A stretch of DNA of 64,000 nucleotides from Octopus sinensis (lineage: Eukaryota): the NCBI RefSeq assembly GCF_006345805.1, contig NW_021836129.1, forward strand, positions 1-64,000. The letters are read 5' to 3'. Both the position numbers and the translations under genes were made by a program. The notes below the pieces were generated by a model. The model did no database searches. It was not told where the DNA came from and saw only the letters and a program-made list of their open reading frames with translations. How positions within the stretch are numbered: the first letter of the stretch is position 1; each line of letters opens with the position of its first letter. Below, in pieces: positions 24,228 through 37,481 of the stretch.

Positions 24228-25730
24228 CTCTAAAAGATAGTTCATGGCGTTTTTAAAGCGGTCTAGCCATCCATTAGAGCCTTTGAGCTGGTAAAATTTA
24301 TCCGAGTCTCGATATTTCTGGCAATTTTTGAAGTTAAACATTCGTACATTTAAATTCCATTTTGGATCAAATTCCTGAAAAGTTCAAAAACCAGACGATC
24401 GAGTTTCGATGATAGATCTGATTCATAGTTTTTGTTTTGGACTACGTCAGTAATAGGATTTGAATCAAATCCTTGTTTAGTTTTCATTTTTATTCTAGAT
24501 ACTGTTCCCTCCCAACTTTAAAAATCTTTGATATTTAACTTTTGGATATGGGGTTTGCCGACGATTCCATTTTTTATGGCATGACCACTAAACCACACGC
24601 TATAATTAAAAATAAAATAATGCATAAAAATTTATTTAAAATTATTTAAAAAATGTCCCAATAAGCGGGGTCGATAATTTTTAAATTTATTATTTTATTG
24701 GTAGAAAATTTAATAAACTTTTATAAAATATACTCCAGAAATTAAAGTGCCTCAAATACAGAGGGTGCCTTAAGTCCGGGGTTTTATTGGGGCGAGGTTG
24801 GACTGTATTACGTTTTTGGTTAACTTTAATTAACTTATCTGTGATTTGATGTTAATAGATTTTTGTGATAAATTATCTCGTCATATAAAACCACCACATC
24901 ATTAATATTGAAAGAAAAACCAATTATTTATTCTAATTAATTATAAACTTTGATTAATTTTGTTAAAAAATTTATCTTTTCTAATTTATCATTCCTAAAT
25001 TCGCCTGTTACTTATTTCAACAAGATGTCAATATCTAAATTAAATTAGATTTTTGATTAAGTAAATACAGACTGTGAGCCCAACTGTAGACATATCTTCA
25101 TTTCTAACAAACTTACATTACTTGGCATACTTTCATTCTAGAATACAAAACACAGGGAGTTTTAATGTTTTCACATTTAGTTCCAATTTAAACTAATATC
25201 CATAGTCAGCTTCATACAATCAAAGTCTAATCTGATTGACATTTAAAATTTTGTGGTTTCTAAAAAAAAGAGTTAACGACGGCCCACTCGATTCACTATT
25301 TTTAATTCTGTTGATGATTATAAGACATCACTTCTTTAAGACTTGTACTCAATCTAAGATCAACAATCAATCGCCACAATTGAGGGTCATTTGATGTGCT
25401 TTTTGCTATCGTCATCGGCTTTATAAATCCATGTTATTGGGTTGTTTTGTCGAACAAAAAAACTCCATCGTGTTTCAAACTTTCATTTCAAATTTTAGAC
25501 AAGAACAGATTTAATGACTTTAAGTAAAATATTGAAAATTTTCAATTTGAGTAATTTAACATTTGTCTATATTTTTCCCAAATTATATGACAGAATTTCT
25601 TCAGAAAATAAATTTTTAGAAAACCACACAAATAAAACTTTTTATTAGATTTTATTTAATTAAATCAATGATAATTAAAACTTTCAGGGGATTCTAATTT
25701 AATTTATTACACTCAAACTAATCTTTTTGA

Positions 25731-26882
25731 TTAAAAGTCAATACATATTAGGAAATTAGGATTCGCCAGTTGCCGTACCGCGGATAGCAAACGTGTTGCC
25801 TCCCCAGATTGCCATAGATACCGTCTGGTACAGCCAGTTAATTGTCCGGTGGTCATTGGTCTTCTTTCCGATGATCTTCCCAATGACCGAAAGAATCCTT
25901 TCTGATTTGATGAAGTAAATACCAACTATTATATTTAAATATATATTTACTTTCTATGAGTATGCCAAAGAAAATCAAAATACCGATATTTACCGCCACA
26001 AATATATAAACATCTACAATATTACTGAACCAATTGAACCTTTTATTTTCATTATTTCAACAGGGGTATCAATTATATATGTTTCTACATGTCCATATGG
26101 GAGAACAAATGTAAGAATTAATTGTAATTGATTAGAATAAAAATTCCTTTTTTGAATCGAAACAAATAATTTATTTTTACTTTTGCAAAAATCTTTTACT
26201 TTTTTACAGGTGTTGAATTCTGAAATGCACAAATAGGCAGAAGAAAAATTATTTGTTTTTGTTTTTATGTCGAAATGATAAAAATTGTTGTATGCATAAC
26301 TAACGTTGATTCCTGCGTAAACATGATCAAAATCTATTTTCGCAAATACAAAAAGTGTAAAATACCAAAAAATATTTCCCGGTCTTCTGTTATTATCCAA
26401 AATCTGAATGAATAATCAGCTTTTAATATTTTGTAGAAGTTTTCTAACTTTAAATTAATATGAGGAACGTGATTTCTTATCTTTTAATATTAAATAACAA
26501 AAAAACAATTTTTATTTTATATTCAAATTCTTGTGCAGTTCTTCCGCTACGAAATAAAACAAAATCAGTTTTATTAGTACTCCTTTTGTCATAAATTAAT
26601 GAAGGTAATTCTAAAAAATTTTTTAATATTCTAACCATGGTACCATATCTCATAATTTGTATCATTCCAAAATGCTTTTACACTATTAAATTTATTAATT
26701 TTGAATTCATTATTTATTTCTAAAATTAAAGTTTTTATAAAAAATTGTCACCAGTCAAATTTACAAATTTTGGGGCATCGACAAGCGTTCCATTTGACAA
26801 AAAGATTAAATCTGTATTTTTTTATTTTACTTTTATTACCTTTAGTTATAATAATCGAAAATATTGAAAATAACACAAACAT
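25731..26882 (-). pseudogene. Probable orphan secreted-protein gene with micro-introns, at least one frameshift
   Basis: TATAAAA upstream; MFVLFSIFSIIITK|28-nt intron 26812-26839|..; 25-nt intron 26611-26635; no family recognised; 3' extent uncertain. Confidence 0.4.
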
Positions 26883-27789
26883 TCAACAAGCGTTCAAAGA
26901 TGACATATTCGTGGTTTTATAGATACAAATAAGTAATTTTCCTATTTTGAAATTATTTTCATCGCCAAGTTTGGAAATTTGATATAATACTTAAATAGCA
27001 CTTTAGCAGATTTTTGTTTTTACAAATTGTAGAAAAAAATATTTAAAGATGTCCATTCTCGTGCTCGAATAATGAGATTTATGAATTTGAAGGAAATAAA
27101 TTTAAAGAAATATTTTCTAATTAATTATACTACAAAGAAAAATTACTTTAAAAAGTGGTACATAATTTGATAATTCACTAACTACAATAAAGAAAGCCGC
27201 CAATTTACTTCAAAATAACCCGTATAATTGCATTTTTTAAATTTGTAAATAATGCCTGTAAGCTTATTTAGATTATTACAAAATTAATAAAACTTCTAGA
27301 ACAGTTTGTTCTATTTTATTAGTTACAAGCAATATTGAATTACTTCCTATTTGAATACAAATTAAGACCAAAACAATAATAACTATTACTTAATATATGT
27401 AGATTTCTATAATGTCTTTAAATAGATGATATTTAAATGTCAATTCTGTTTCTTTAAAACAAATATTTTTCATTTCTATCCACATTGCTTTCAACTTTGT
27501 ATATCTTCTTATCTCATATGAGTATGAGTAAATCTGAATTTTGAGTGAAATCTGATGTTAGTTCTTAAATTTGAATTGTATTTTTGTATCGATGCAAATT
27601 CTAAAAAATTAATTTACTTTGCAACGTTTTTCAAAAATTTTGAATAGATTATATTTACTCATGAAAACATGACCAGAAGTGAAATTAACTGTTTTTTTTA
27701 TAAAGAAATTGAAGTTATAAAAGCTATTAATTATTAAAAGTTATCATTATAAAACATAGAGTTTACCTGCGCCCACCCAATATCATCAA

Positions 27790-28025
27790 AGTCAAGTTTT
27801 CCTGTCTTTTCGGTCATTTTAGCAATTCGATATTATTTATTTGAAAAAAGCGCTTTACTAGTGCCGAAGTATGTTTCAGATCATTGTCTTGTTGGTAAAT
27901 AGGATTTTTAAGTTTGATTTTGTTCAAAATTTTTTCTATCACTATTGTACACGTTAAATTTAGCTTCATTACTAAAAATAACTCCCTCCCAAAAATATTT
28001 TGGGAGCATATTCCTCTCTCAAACA
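27790..28025 (-). mobile_element. Tc1 transposase fragment (copy at about 55490-55730)
   Basis: IYQQDNDLKHTS..NIELLK matches the Tc1 second-D motif. Confidence 0.75.
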
Positions 28026-29192
28026 CATTTGTAAGACACACCACACAAAGGGCAGTCCCCTTCTACTAAGGACACATGACTCACTGAGACCATGCCACCA
28101 AAGGACTCACTCTCTTCTACTTACAACACAAACTGACTCCCCTTCTACTGAGGACACGAGCCTAGAGGTGGGCATTCTATAGAAAAGTTTAGTGCAGACA
28201 TTTAATTAGTTGTTCTCAATGTTGAAACTATTGAATATTATTAATTAATTGATTATCTGGAATTTGAAAATTTTACAAAATTTTGATATCTTAAATATGC
28301 AGAATATAAAACTGTTTTGAAGCAAAAATAAAATTATTTTTCCAAATAAATTCACTTTTAGAACTCCCAGCATGTTTATTATTTTAAATTAATCCACACT
28401 TTATTTACTGAATGTAATTAGTGTGTACGTTTTTATAAGTTATGAAATCTAAATCCAAATTCGAGTTGATGGAAGCACTTATCAACAATTCGAGAAATTG
28501 AATGTTTGTATGTAATGATCCTAAATACAAATTGTGGATAACTATGCACGTTATTATGCAATGAAAGGGTAAACGACTCGGAAGACTTTGCCCCCAATCT
28601 GGCCGTCAAATTTTCAAGAAATTTATGTCTTGAAATAATAGACCATAGAAGAAAACAAACACGTTGTTCATGTCTTGTCTTGACCAAAACTAGAAAAGTG
28701 TTAAAAAAAGCTCAATGTGAGATATAAAAACCACAAAAACATCAAGAAAGGCCCGAGACTTCTTTCCCTGTCTAACCTTATCGAGAGACGGATATTCACA
28801 CACTCAATCATCAAAATGTAGGCACTAAAGTCTATAGTAAGATCTTTGTGGATCGTGTTTTATATTCGGGTATGTGTAAGGCCTCTAATGGACTTTGTTA
28901 TAGTCTACCCTGGAGGCTCCTTCAGATTGATGTGTCAAATTGGGGCGGAATCAAATAAGTCGGAGCTGATCAGCTTTACGTGAACGAAATTTGAGTGATC
29001 AAGAGATTCAGTACCATCACTGGATTCGTGTGGACAATTTTAACTAGAACCTATCTGTAATTTTAAATCTAAACTTTATCTCCGACATTAAATTTGTACT
29101 CAGTATTGTGGACATTCATTTTCCCTGAGTTTATATTAATCGGATTTATATTAAATATAATTTTTTTCGACTATGACAATTAAAATATAAAT

Positions 29193-29460
29193 AATACGTT
29201 ATTAAAAGTTAAATGTAATTAACAAATAGTTATTAACTAACTAAATTCCCGGCATCGTAAATGGAAACACAGTTTCCACGTACTATGGCCAAGGAAATCC
29301 TTTCGAAAAGCCACTTGGACTCGCGTGGGTCTCCCCGTTTATGGGAGATCATGCGGCCAAGCTTTTTTAGAAAGGAAAGAGACTTTTCGCCGATGACGCC
29401 GGAAGTCTCGACGGCGATGGGAGTGAACAGATACCGTTCAGAGAGCTCCTTGTACTTTCC
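29193..29460 (-). mobile_element. 5'-truncated CRE-like LINE insertion, present only in duplication copy 1
   Basis: Not in the ORF track: KYKELSERYLFTPIAVETSGVIG..ERISLAIVRGNC; absent at the equivalent site near 58050; AATATAAAT on both flanks. Confidence 0.88.
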
Positions 29461-30899
29461 AATATAAATATAAATTATAAGTTAAAATACTTTAATTTTT
29501 AATTTAATCTAAATTCAAAGAAATCTCTGAATTTTTAAAATGATTTTTAATATTTTCATAATTTTAAAATTTTATGCTTATCGATATCTTTCGACAATAA
29601 AAACCTGACTTTCAAGGACCAGCACAGTTTGGAGAAGACAATCCCAATATTGAACCGCATACTATGAAAAGATCCCAGTATTGCTTATTTCAGGACATTT
29701 CAGGTCATTGCGAAGGCAGACATCTTCTTTACTCTGCCCCGATTGATCAAGAACATCGTGTTTTTTTATTTGATCATTTCAGTACGTTCGGTTTTTCAGG
29801 CTTAGACTACGACTCGAGTTAGACAGTGCCCACGAACTTTTCTTTTTTGTGAGTGGCAAGCAGGCAGTTTACCTCAATCAAAAACGAGTTGTATTTACTC
29901 GGTATGTTCGTGTGTTTATTGGCATAAATCCAAGGACGAGGACGCATTTCTATATATCACATACGCCAACAAGTTGGTTTCTATGGCCGAAATTGATATT
30001 TAATTTTATTCTTTCTGGTCTCTAATCATTCTGTTTGCATGTGATCTAATTATTTTACCAATTTCTCAATAATATTAATTGGCGATGTGCTTAGTGGTGG
30101 GGCACTCATGTACTCACACTGACATACCAGATTAATCAAAACTAGCTTCATTTATAACAAGCTTCCTTTATAGTTTATATTCAGATTAGTTTACATTTTG
30201 ATTCGAATCAATATAATGCTCATGTTTTGAATTTGTGGAAATATTTTCGCAAATAAATCTGTCAAAAATGTTTTTGTTCTTTTAACTTGCAATTGATTTA
30301 TGATAATTATTAAACCACACTTGGAAAAAAATCGGAGATCATATCGTTAATTTCCATAACGACACATTTAAAGGCCCATTTCCCAGACCAGTGGAATGTC
30401 TCATGATTTCAAGACACCTCTGGCCAACAATAGGAAAGTCGACATTTTTCACTTCCAACAGAAAAAGATCATGGAGTGATAAAAAGTAAGAAAATGAATG
30501 AAATTGATCTACAAATGAACTTTAAGAAATTCTGTTGTCCAAAGTGAGAAGACGGTTGATGACAAGCAGACAAAAAGAGGTTATAACCCCCTTCAATTGC
30601 AGAAAACACTTCCCGGTGGCCAAGAAAGTAGGAGTTTCCTTCACTTACTGAATAACTCAACAAACTAGAACGTTTTAAGGCAGCAAAAAGATCAAAAATT
30701 GGAAATAAACGTGGGAGGATTAGTTAGCCTTCCTCTCTGTCTTGAGTGGAAATGACGAATGTGTAGATGAATTTGGTATAAACGAGCAACTCGGTGAAAA
30801 TGAATGCTAGAAATATCCACGACTAAGGACCGAAGCGATAGCAGGAATCTCTGAAGTGTAAATTGAGACGAAAGTCCAAACGAGTGTAAAAAATAGTCA

Positions 30900-31390
30900 T
30901 TAATATAACACCAAATACACTTTTGGACGACGAAGTGGCTAAGGTGGGTTAAGGACTGTCATTTAGATGTACAACAATGAGATCGACAGTCTGTTGGATG
31001 TATTGGAAGTCGAGAGGGATGGAGATGACTTATACGTGTCCTATGGACTATTTAAGTATTAGGGGCTGCTTATTTATAGTAATCTTAAAAAGCAGCAAGT
31101 GGAACAGTCCGACCGTATGACCGACCTACAAAGTGAAATCATGACATGTGAGGACTTGAAAGAACAGGTTTTTGGACATCATAACTTCTAGAAGAATTAC
31201 TGCTTGCTCTGTCTAAAAGCTCACAGCAAGAACTATTGAGAGAGGTAAAAACTCAGAAGAGCAAAAACCTCTATAGCAACCAGATAGTATTGTTGAAAAG
31301 CGATAGCTGTGACAAGGAACCAATTTTTGGTTATTCTATACGCAAGTTTGTTGATTGTGCTAATTTCGATTGGGGAAGCAATTAATTGAT
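30900..31390 (+). pseudogene. Unidentified intron-containing gene fragment (copy at about 59500-59990)
   Basis: LLDDEVAK|23-nt intron 30944-30966|MYNNEIDSLLDVLEVE..|24-nt intron 31056-31079|NLKKQQVEQ..; frame could not be extended cleanly either way. Confidence 0.45.
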
Positions 31391-31659
31391 GAATAATTTA
31401 ATAGGTTATTATTCGCAATTATTTCCCAAATATTTTATTGAACTTTAATCATGACACAAGTATGCTCACAAATCCGAAATTAATAATTATTTAATGATGG
31501 AATTTTATTATCAGTTCGTTTTCAACGGCATTTCTTCTAGAATTAGTCAGATTAAAGAGATTAAATTTGAGATAACTCAATTTTAAGGAACTAAATAAAA
31601 ATGTACAAATAATTAGCATAATTACACATATATAAAATGAAACTTAACAATGAATAATA

Positions 31660-32710
31660 ATGATTCTGATTGTCCTGTTGATGCTACAATACACATCAAG
31701 TATTATTTTATTGACACCAAATAGGTCCCGGTGAACTGAAGGTGAAGTATGATAAGAATATAGTAATCTATTTTTATTTTAATTCAGATGTTCATGTTGG
31801 ATGCTGTCAAAAATGTTGAATGATTATTTAACTAGCGTAGGCACTGTCACACCTAGTGAATATTTCGTTTGTCAATGAAGGAGAAGATATTTCTGTTGAG
31901 ATTGTTGAGTTTGAACTCCGTGTCAGTCAAATTGTAGTTCAGCTAGTGATGAAGGATATCATGTTATTAATAGAGTTGGAAGATTGAATGTATTCCTTAA
32001 TAGTTCAACGAATGGTTAAGGTAAATATAACACATTTATAGTCGATGGAATGTTTAACGATTCCAAATGTCAAGTATATTCAGTGTTTTAATATAAGCAA
32101 TATAAACCCGGAATTATCATATACAAATTACTCAAAATAATGAATTTTGAAGATATTGATGACCCTGACAGTATTTTAAACCCGGAAAATAAATTGTGGT
32201 CTTTTTATTTGTAATTATAGAAATGTTATCCCAAGTCCAGAATTGAATCAAAAATTCAGAGAATTAAGATTTGAAAGAGAAAGTATTGTTGAGGCATTGA
32301 GACTAAATGAAGAAAATACAAGTGAACACCAAAAAATTAATTTTGAAGATGATGAAAATATTGACAATACAATTGGAAACCAAGAAACTAATTCCGAAGA
32401 TGATGAAAATATTGACGATACGAGTGGAAGCCAAGAAATTAATCCCGAAAATGAAGAAAATACAAACAATACCATTGGAGACCAAGAAATTAATTCTGCA
32501 GCTCAAAACAATACAGTTAGTGGTGCAGAGGTCGGTAAAGGAATCAGGAAAGGTATATTGCTTCTATGTCTTTTCCCTTTTTGGAATAAGGGTGTAATAT
32601 ATAATAGTGGATATGAGTTTTTATTTCATGGCTGGTGCAGTCTTGTGCATGCTAATTCTTCTTTAATCCCAATACTTTTACTAATTCAGGACACAATAAC
32701 TAAATTTTAA
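31660..32710 (+). CDS. Orphan secreted or surface protein with acidic 17-aa repeats and 7 micro-introns
   Basis: Introns 31700-31724, 31763-31787, 31815-31840, 31920-31942, 32015-32041, 32074-32097 and 32196-32220 give one open frame from MILIVLLMLQYTSS into the 32243 ORF; three 51-nt repeats near 32335-32487; TATAAAA about 25 nt upstream. Confidence 0.75.
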
Positions 32711-32851
32711 TTTGGGCCTATCTGTTAAAGACACGTGACTGCTAAGTTTATTTTGAAATGGTGAATTAAGAAAATGATGTCAATCAAACATAGTGTTTTT
32801 TGTGTAATTAAATAAAAGTTTTGATGGTAGGAGATAGTGAGTTATTAAATA

Positions 32852-32998
32852 CAGTCTTACCTTTTTTGGAACGGACCTTGAGGCGTGGAAAACCTCTGTT
32901 TTTGATACATTTTTGAGATTTGGAACATTTCGAAAATTTATAAGAAAATTTATAAAATCCTTACCAAAAAGACCTCATTCCAAACGGAGGTTAGACTG
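32852..32998. mobile_element. 147-bp pogo-type MITE (copy at 61446-61592)
   Basis: Imperfect TIR CAGTCT(T/A)ACCT..TTTGGAA with TA on both sides. Confidence 0.8.
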
Positions 32999-33489
32999 TA
33001 TCCCAATTTTAATGAACTAAATAAAAATCAGAAATACTTCGCTTAATTACACAGATATAAAATGAAACTTTACGCTAAATAATTTTGAATCTGACTGTGC
33101 TGTTGATGCTAAAAAACTTATTAAGAACCTGTTTTCACTAATAAATTTGTATTTTAGATATTTAAGGACTATACATAAGAATATTTCCGAAAAGTGTAAA
33201 ACGTTCTAGAACCTGGAAAAAAGTTATAATAGATTAATTTAAATGAATGATTAATTCTTTGCAATCCTTGGTATATTGGAGTATAGTATCTAATATATAG
33301 TTTTTTGGTGCTTTTCACGTCAAAAGCAAACATTAATGTTGACGCATCAAGTATAATCTCGAAGCTCTAAAAATTAGCTTTAAATCCACAAATAAGCAAG
33401 GATTACAAAAAAATACAAAATCCCTTTCGACAAAGAAAACTGATCGTTGAACATTCAATTAATTGAAAATCTAATAAAGAAATTATCTA

Positions 33490-33764
33490 AATATGCCTCA
33501 ATCCTCATAAGTCGAATACTTTTCTTGAGAAAATCCAGAGATATTGAGAGCAAATCTCGTGGTAATAATTATTCTTACAAATTGAATGATTAACATAAGC
33601 AATATATTTTTGGTTTGGCCAATGATAATCTATCATTGACACTATTAAAGTTAAAAAACATGGTTTTTTCTAAATTTCGGATAAATATTAGTCCGGATGC
33701 TATTAACCAATGTCTTAAAAATTTTCCCTACATGCATCAACACTAATGCTTGATGAGTCAAGAC
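33490..33764 (+). mobile_element. Degenerate IS630/Tc1 transposase remnant interrupted by a hAT
   Basis: SRGNNYSYKL..LTLLKLK..ISPDAINQCL HTH-like segment; LMLDES motif at the hAT insertion site. Confidence 0.5.
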
Positions 33765-34996
33765 CAGGGGTTCTCAACTTTTTTAGCTCATGGGCCAAAT
33801 CGATAATTAAGAATATCTTTGCGGGCCGCACAAAAAATATTTTATGTTATTAATGAAAAGAAGGCTTTATTAAGTAATAAAATCAATGCGAGACTTGATT
33901 CTGTTTGGCGTCTATTATTTTGTCAAAACAGGGAGTAAAAGTCGAACACGATGTGCGTAAAAGTTGATTTAGGTGTCCATCAGTCAATTGATTTCGATAC
34001 TTTGTTTTTATTTGCGTAAGTTTGGTGAAAAGAGCTTCACATGTATACGTTGATCCGAAGACTGATGCATTTTTTGAGCATTATCGACCAAGTTCGGATA
34101 TTTCCACTGTGGAATTCGACCCCAAAAATCCAATAGTTCACTTGACTTAAATAGCGCGGTAAGTTGTAAATCTGCCTGCATTTCAATTAGTTCCAGTTGA
34201 TATATGTATGGAGCGGTTGCAGCATCTGCTTCCATAGGTGACAAAAATATTTTCATAATAGGTAAAGCTTCTTTAAAATCATTAAAACGTGTTTCGAATT
34301 CATCGATTAAGTCACTAATAACGCAGATATATTTTTGTAGGATCCATCTTCCCTGTGATTTGAAAGTATTGGGAAATGAATGGTAACTCTACTTTCAATT
34401 TGTATATTCCAAAGGTGTAGTTTTTCGATAAATGCAGAAACCATTCCGTACAATTCATGACATAGTTTGCCCTTACCCTGCAGAGAAGTATTCAAAATTG
34501 AAAGGTGCGTAGAAATATCTACCATAAATGCTAAATCTGCAATCCACTCCTTATCAGTAAGCTGAGGATAAAATATCTTATTGTCAATAAAATGCATAAT
34601 CTCCGGGAGAAGGTCATAAAATCTAAATGCGATTTAGTTTAAATTTATATAAAGTTTTTAGACATGCTACCCGACTCATATTCAGAAGAATGTTTTGAAT
34701 AATGCCTCTCGACATTATATGTCTTAAGACATCGTATGACAGAATGACTAATTAGGCAATGTACGTTACCATTTTCTTCAAAAACGAAAAATTTTTCCTC
34801 CCATTCGGGGTTAAATGCACGATTTTCATGAATAATTTTCTACTTCGTTTAACACGTTTATCAGACATCACAAACAATATTATTTAAACATTAATGTACA
34901 AAATATTTAATATAAAAACAAAAAATATTTAATATATTTTTATAATTTTAATCGGGCCGCACCAAAATTGTGGCGGGCCGCGGTTGAGAACCGCTG
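33765..34996 (-). mobile_element. Buster-type hAT, internally deleted
   Basis: TIR CAG(G/C)GGTTCTCAAC, perfect TSD GTCAAGAC (33757-33764 and 34997-35004); WIADLAFMVDI and FGSTYTCE motifs. Confidence 0.95.
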
Positions 34997-35069
34997 GTCA
35001 AGACTAATGATTGCGTTTTCAACGTTAAAGCTCGGAAAACCCATAAAAATTCAATTTTTTAATCAGTGA

Positions 35070-37481
35070 TTACAAATTTAAAAAAAAGATTAGTTCACAG
35101 TTTTCAATGTTTTCTAATAAATCTTTTTCAATTGTCGTTAACCTGATCAAAATGTCATTTTTGTTAATTTCTTCCTCATCCTTTATATTTTCATCATTTT
35201 CATCCTCAATGTTTCCGCAATTGTCCATCTCTTCTATTGTATCATTTTCTGCATATTCATATGCAAGAAATTCTTCAATATCCAACGGATCAAAAATATC
35301 TGTCCTTTCTATTGGTATACTATCTTCTGAATTATTTTTCACGTTATTATTATTTAGAATTCCGAAACAATTTGAAGTGGTATGTTGCGATACATCTTTC
35401 CATGCCATTTTAACAAATATCACAACATCCTTTAATGTGAGCTTTTTATATCAACTATAAACAGATATTTCTTTATGTTCTAACAAATCCGTTAAATATG
35501 CAAGTTTGTGCTTATTGAAAAGCGTTTTGAATTTTTTATGATTTTCAGGTCCATCATCTAAACCAGGGGTTCTCAACCTTTTTTTCTCGTCGACCCCTTG
35601 ATTTTTTTTGACCCCCCTAATATTTAATCGACCCCCTTAAAATTTTATATACAACAGACAATATAACTATCTGAAAAGTCAAGATAAAATTGATTTTTAG
35701 TTATTGCGTCTGCTTACAGTCGATTCTCCTCCTCTTCGAGCCCGAGCAAATCTGTTTTATTTTTTATTTACAATTCGATGTAGAATGCTAAATCCACATT
35801 CAACACAGTATGATGTCGGAAAATAGAGTAATAATTGTGCCATTTCGTTCCACAATTTTGGATAAGTCTTTTTCACTTTGATATTTTGCCAAAAAATAAC
35901 TGACGTTTTTGAATCTTCATAGTATAGTTTTAATTCTGGATTGAATTTTAAAGTAATTAATATTTTATTTTTCTTCTGGCTTCGACAAAAAAGGATTAAT
36001 CATCCAAGATGAAATTTCTAATTCAAGAATATCTTGGAATATGACTTTCGTCATTTTAAAGCGAAAAAATAGTATTTTTAAGGCTTTCACATAAAATATG
36101 TTCAACATTATCAGACATTTCGTAAATCCTGCGACATTACGTAAACTGAATCATTGCTAATTGGCACAGATTTTAAAATTTCGCCAGGATTTAAACCCAT
36201 CAAATCTGATAGAATCACTGATATAGATGGTTTGATGAGATTTTCACCAGAAACGTGGGAACTCGTATTTTTGGCAGTAATTATTGCAATTTTATAGGAT
36301 TCAATTAGTCCTCCTTAATTTAAAATGAAAAAAATTATTAAATTATATTCGACCCCTTACGATCGATTTGGGCTGATTTTCGACCCAAGGTTGAGAACCA
36401 CTGGTCTAGACCAAGCCTGTACTATTTCGCGATATAAACATGATTTCAATATTAGACAAATTTTCTGGTATGCAATGGGAAAAACAGTTATCCAGAATAT
36501 GCAAAATTTGTTTTCTCTGTAATTTTAGATTCAAATCAAAGTTTATTAACCAATCTATGAAGATTTTCCCAGTCATCCAAATACGCTGGGAGCTATAATA
36601 TGAAATAAATGAATCGTAATTGTAATTTTTGAAACATCGGGGTTTTTTGGGTTTTGATATCATCACAGGTTTTAATTTATGAGTTTTACTAATATTCGTG
36701 CAAAGCATTACAGAAACACGATCCTTGAAATTTTTGTAACCTTTAAATCGGTTACGAAAAATGGATTTTGAAGGAATGATTTAATAAAACAATCCAGTTT
36801 CATCTAAGTTGTAAATTTGATCATCATTGTATTTCTGCGAAACTTCACGAAATTTAGAAAGAAAAGATTCGATATCAACGGGATCATCTGTTTTTAATTC
36901 TCCATGCAATTTTCGCATCGAAATCCATTTCGTTTTTTAAATTTTTCCAAAAAGCCATTTGATTTTTAAAATTTACTAGTTTAAGTTGTTGCGCAAAAAA
37001 CATATCCTTACTAGAAATTAAGGCTTCATTAAGAAAACCGTCTAAATATTGGACCCTAAATAAGATACCTCTAGACACAATCAAATCCATCCATTCAACC
37101 AATTTTGCATCAAGTTCAGGAAACTTAAGATTTGATACTTTTTTTAAATCTAGATTGTGTATTATGCTATCTTTGAGAAGAGAATCTTTTTTCAAAAGAA
37201 TGTTGTTATTTGTTTTTCGAGAAATTTTTTTATTAAACAAAAAAGAAAATTTTTCGGCCAAATGATGACACGAAAAATGAGGATTTTTTCTTTATAAGAT
37301 AAAATTTCTATTTTCTGATTAAAATTCAGACGAGTATAAATATTGCGAGAAGACATTTGGGACAAATTTTATTAATAAATTTCAAATTTATTAAAAAAAA
37401 TTTTGAAGAATAAAAATTATAGTACAAAAAAATTAAAATTTGTGGCCAATTTGAGAGGGGCCAATTTGAGAGGGTTGAGTG
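35070..37481 (-). mobile_element. Degenerate pogo/Tigger element
   Basis: HTH FPELDAKLVEW, YNLDETGLFY, ILDNCFSH, AWKDVS..NCF; one terminus CACTCAACCCTCTCAAATTGGCC|TA at 37481. Confidence 0.85.
35564..36403 (-). mobile_element. ZBED8/Buster-type hAT deletion derivative nested in the pogo
   Basis: TIR CAG(G/T)GGTTCTCAACC; TSD ATCTAAAC/GTCTAGAC (6 of 8 match); YPKLW..FPTSYCVECGFS. Confidence 0.88.

Larger units (their letters stand above)
20946..24805 (-). mobile_element. Older pogo remnant hosting two hAT insertions
   Basis: Imperfect TIRs CAGTTGAACCGCTGCCCAATA / CAGTCCAACCTCGCCCCAATA with TA; fragments GTVSRIK, GSNGWLDRFK, FRAISGEKN and C-terminal IKDTMNIMNLLENSLFS (similar to the 53.8-kb transposase) lie between the insertions. 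Confidence 0.75.
27384..34678 (+). repeat. Direct segmental duplication B, copy 1
   Basis: Colinear with 55080-63273, roughly 97% identical by eye, apart from two large indels. Confidence 0.95.

Noticed and set aside
28030-28170. CRISPR-like or coding repeat (CCCCTTCTACT.AGGACAC)
   Set aside because: Only 2-3 degenerate units without regular spacers, in a eukaryotic context; the ORFs over it are low-complexity.
31168-31191. Third 24-nt intron of the 30.9-kb gene (also the similar candidate at 44612-44635 in dynein)
   Set aside because: Downstream frame or alignment is ambiguous, so both were excluded from the 3n-intron count.
32248-32597. Alternative-frame and antisense ORFs over the acidic repeat (also 60841-61190, 35107-35460, 54398-54667)
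   Set aside because: Shadow ORFs of real coding sequence.
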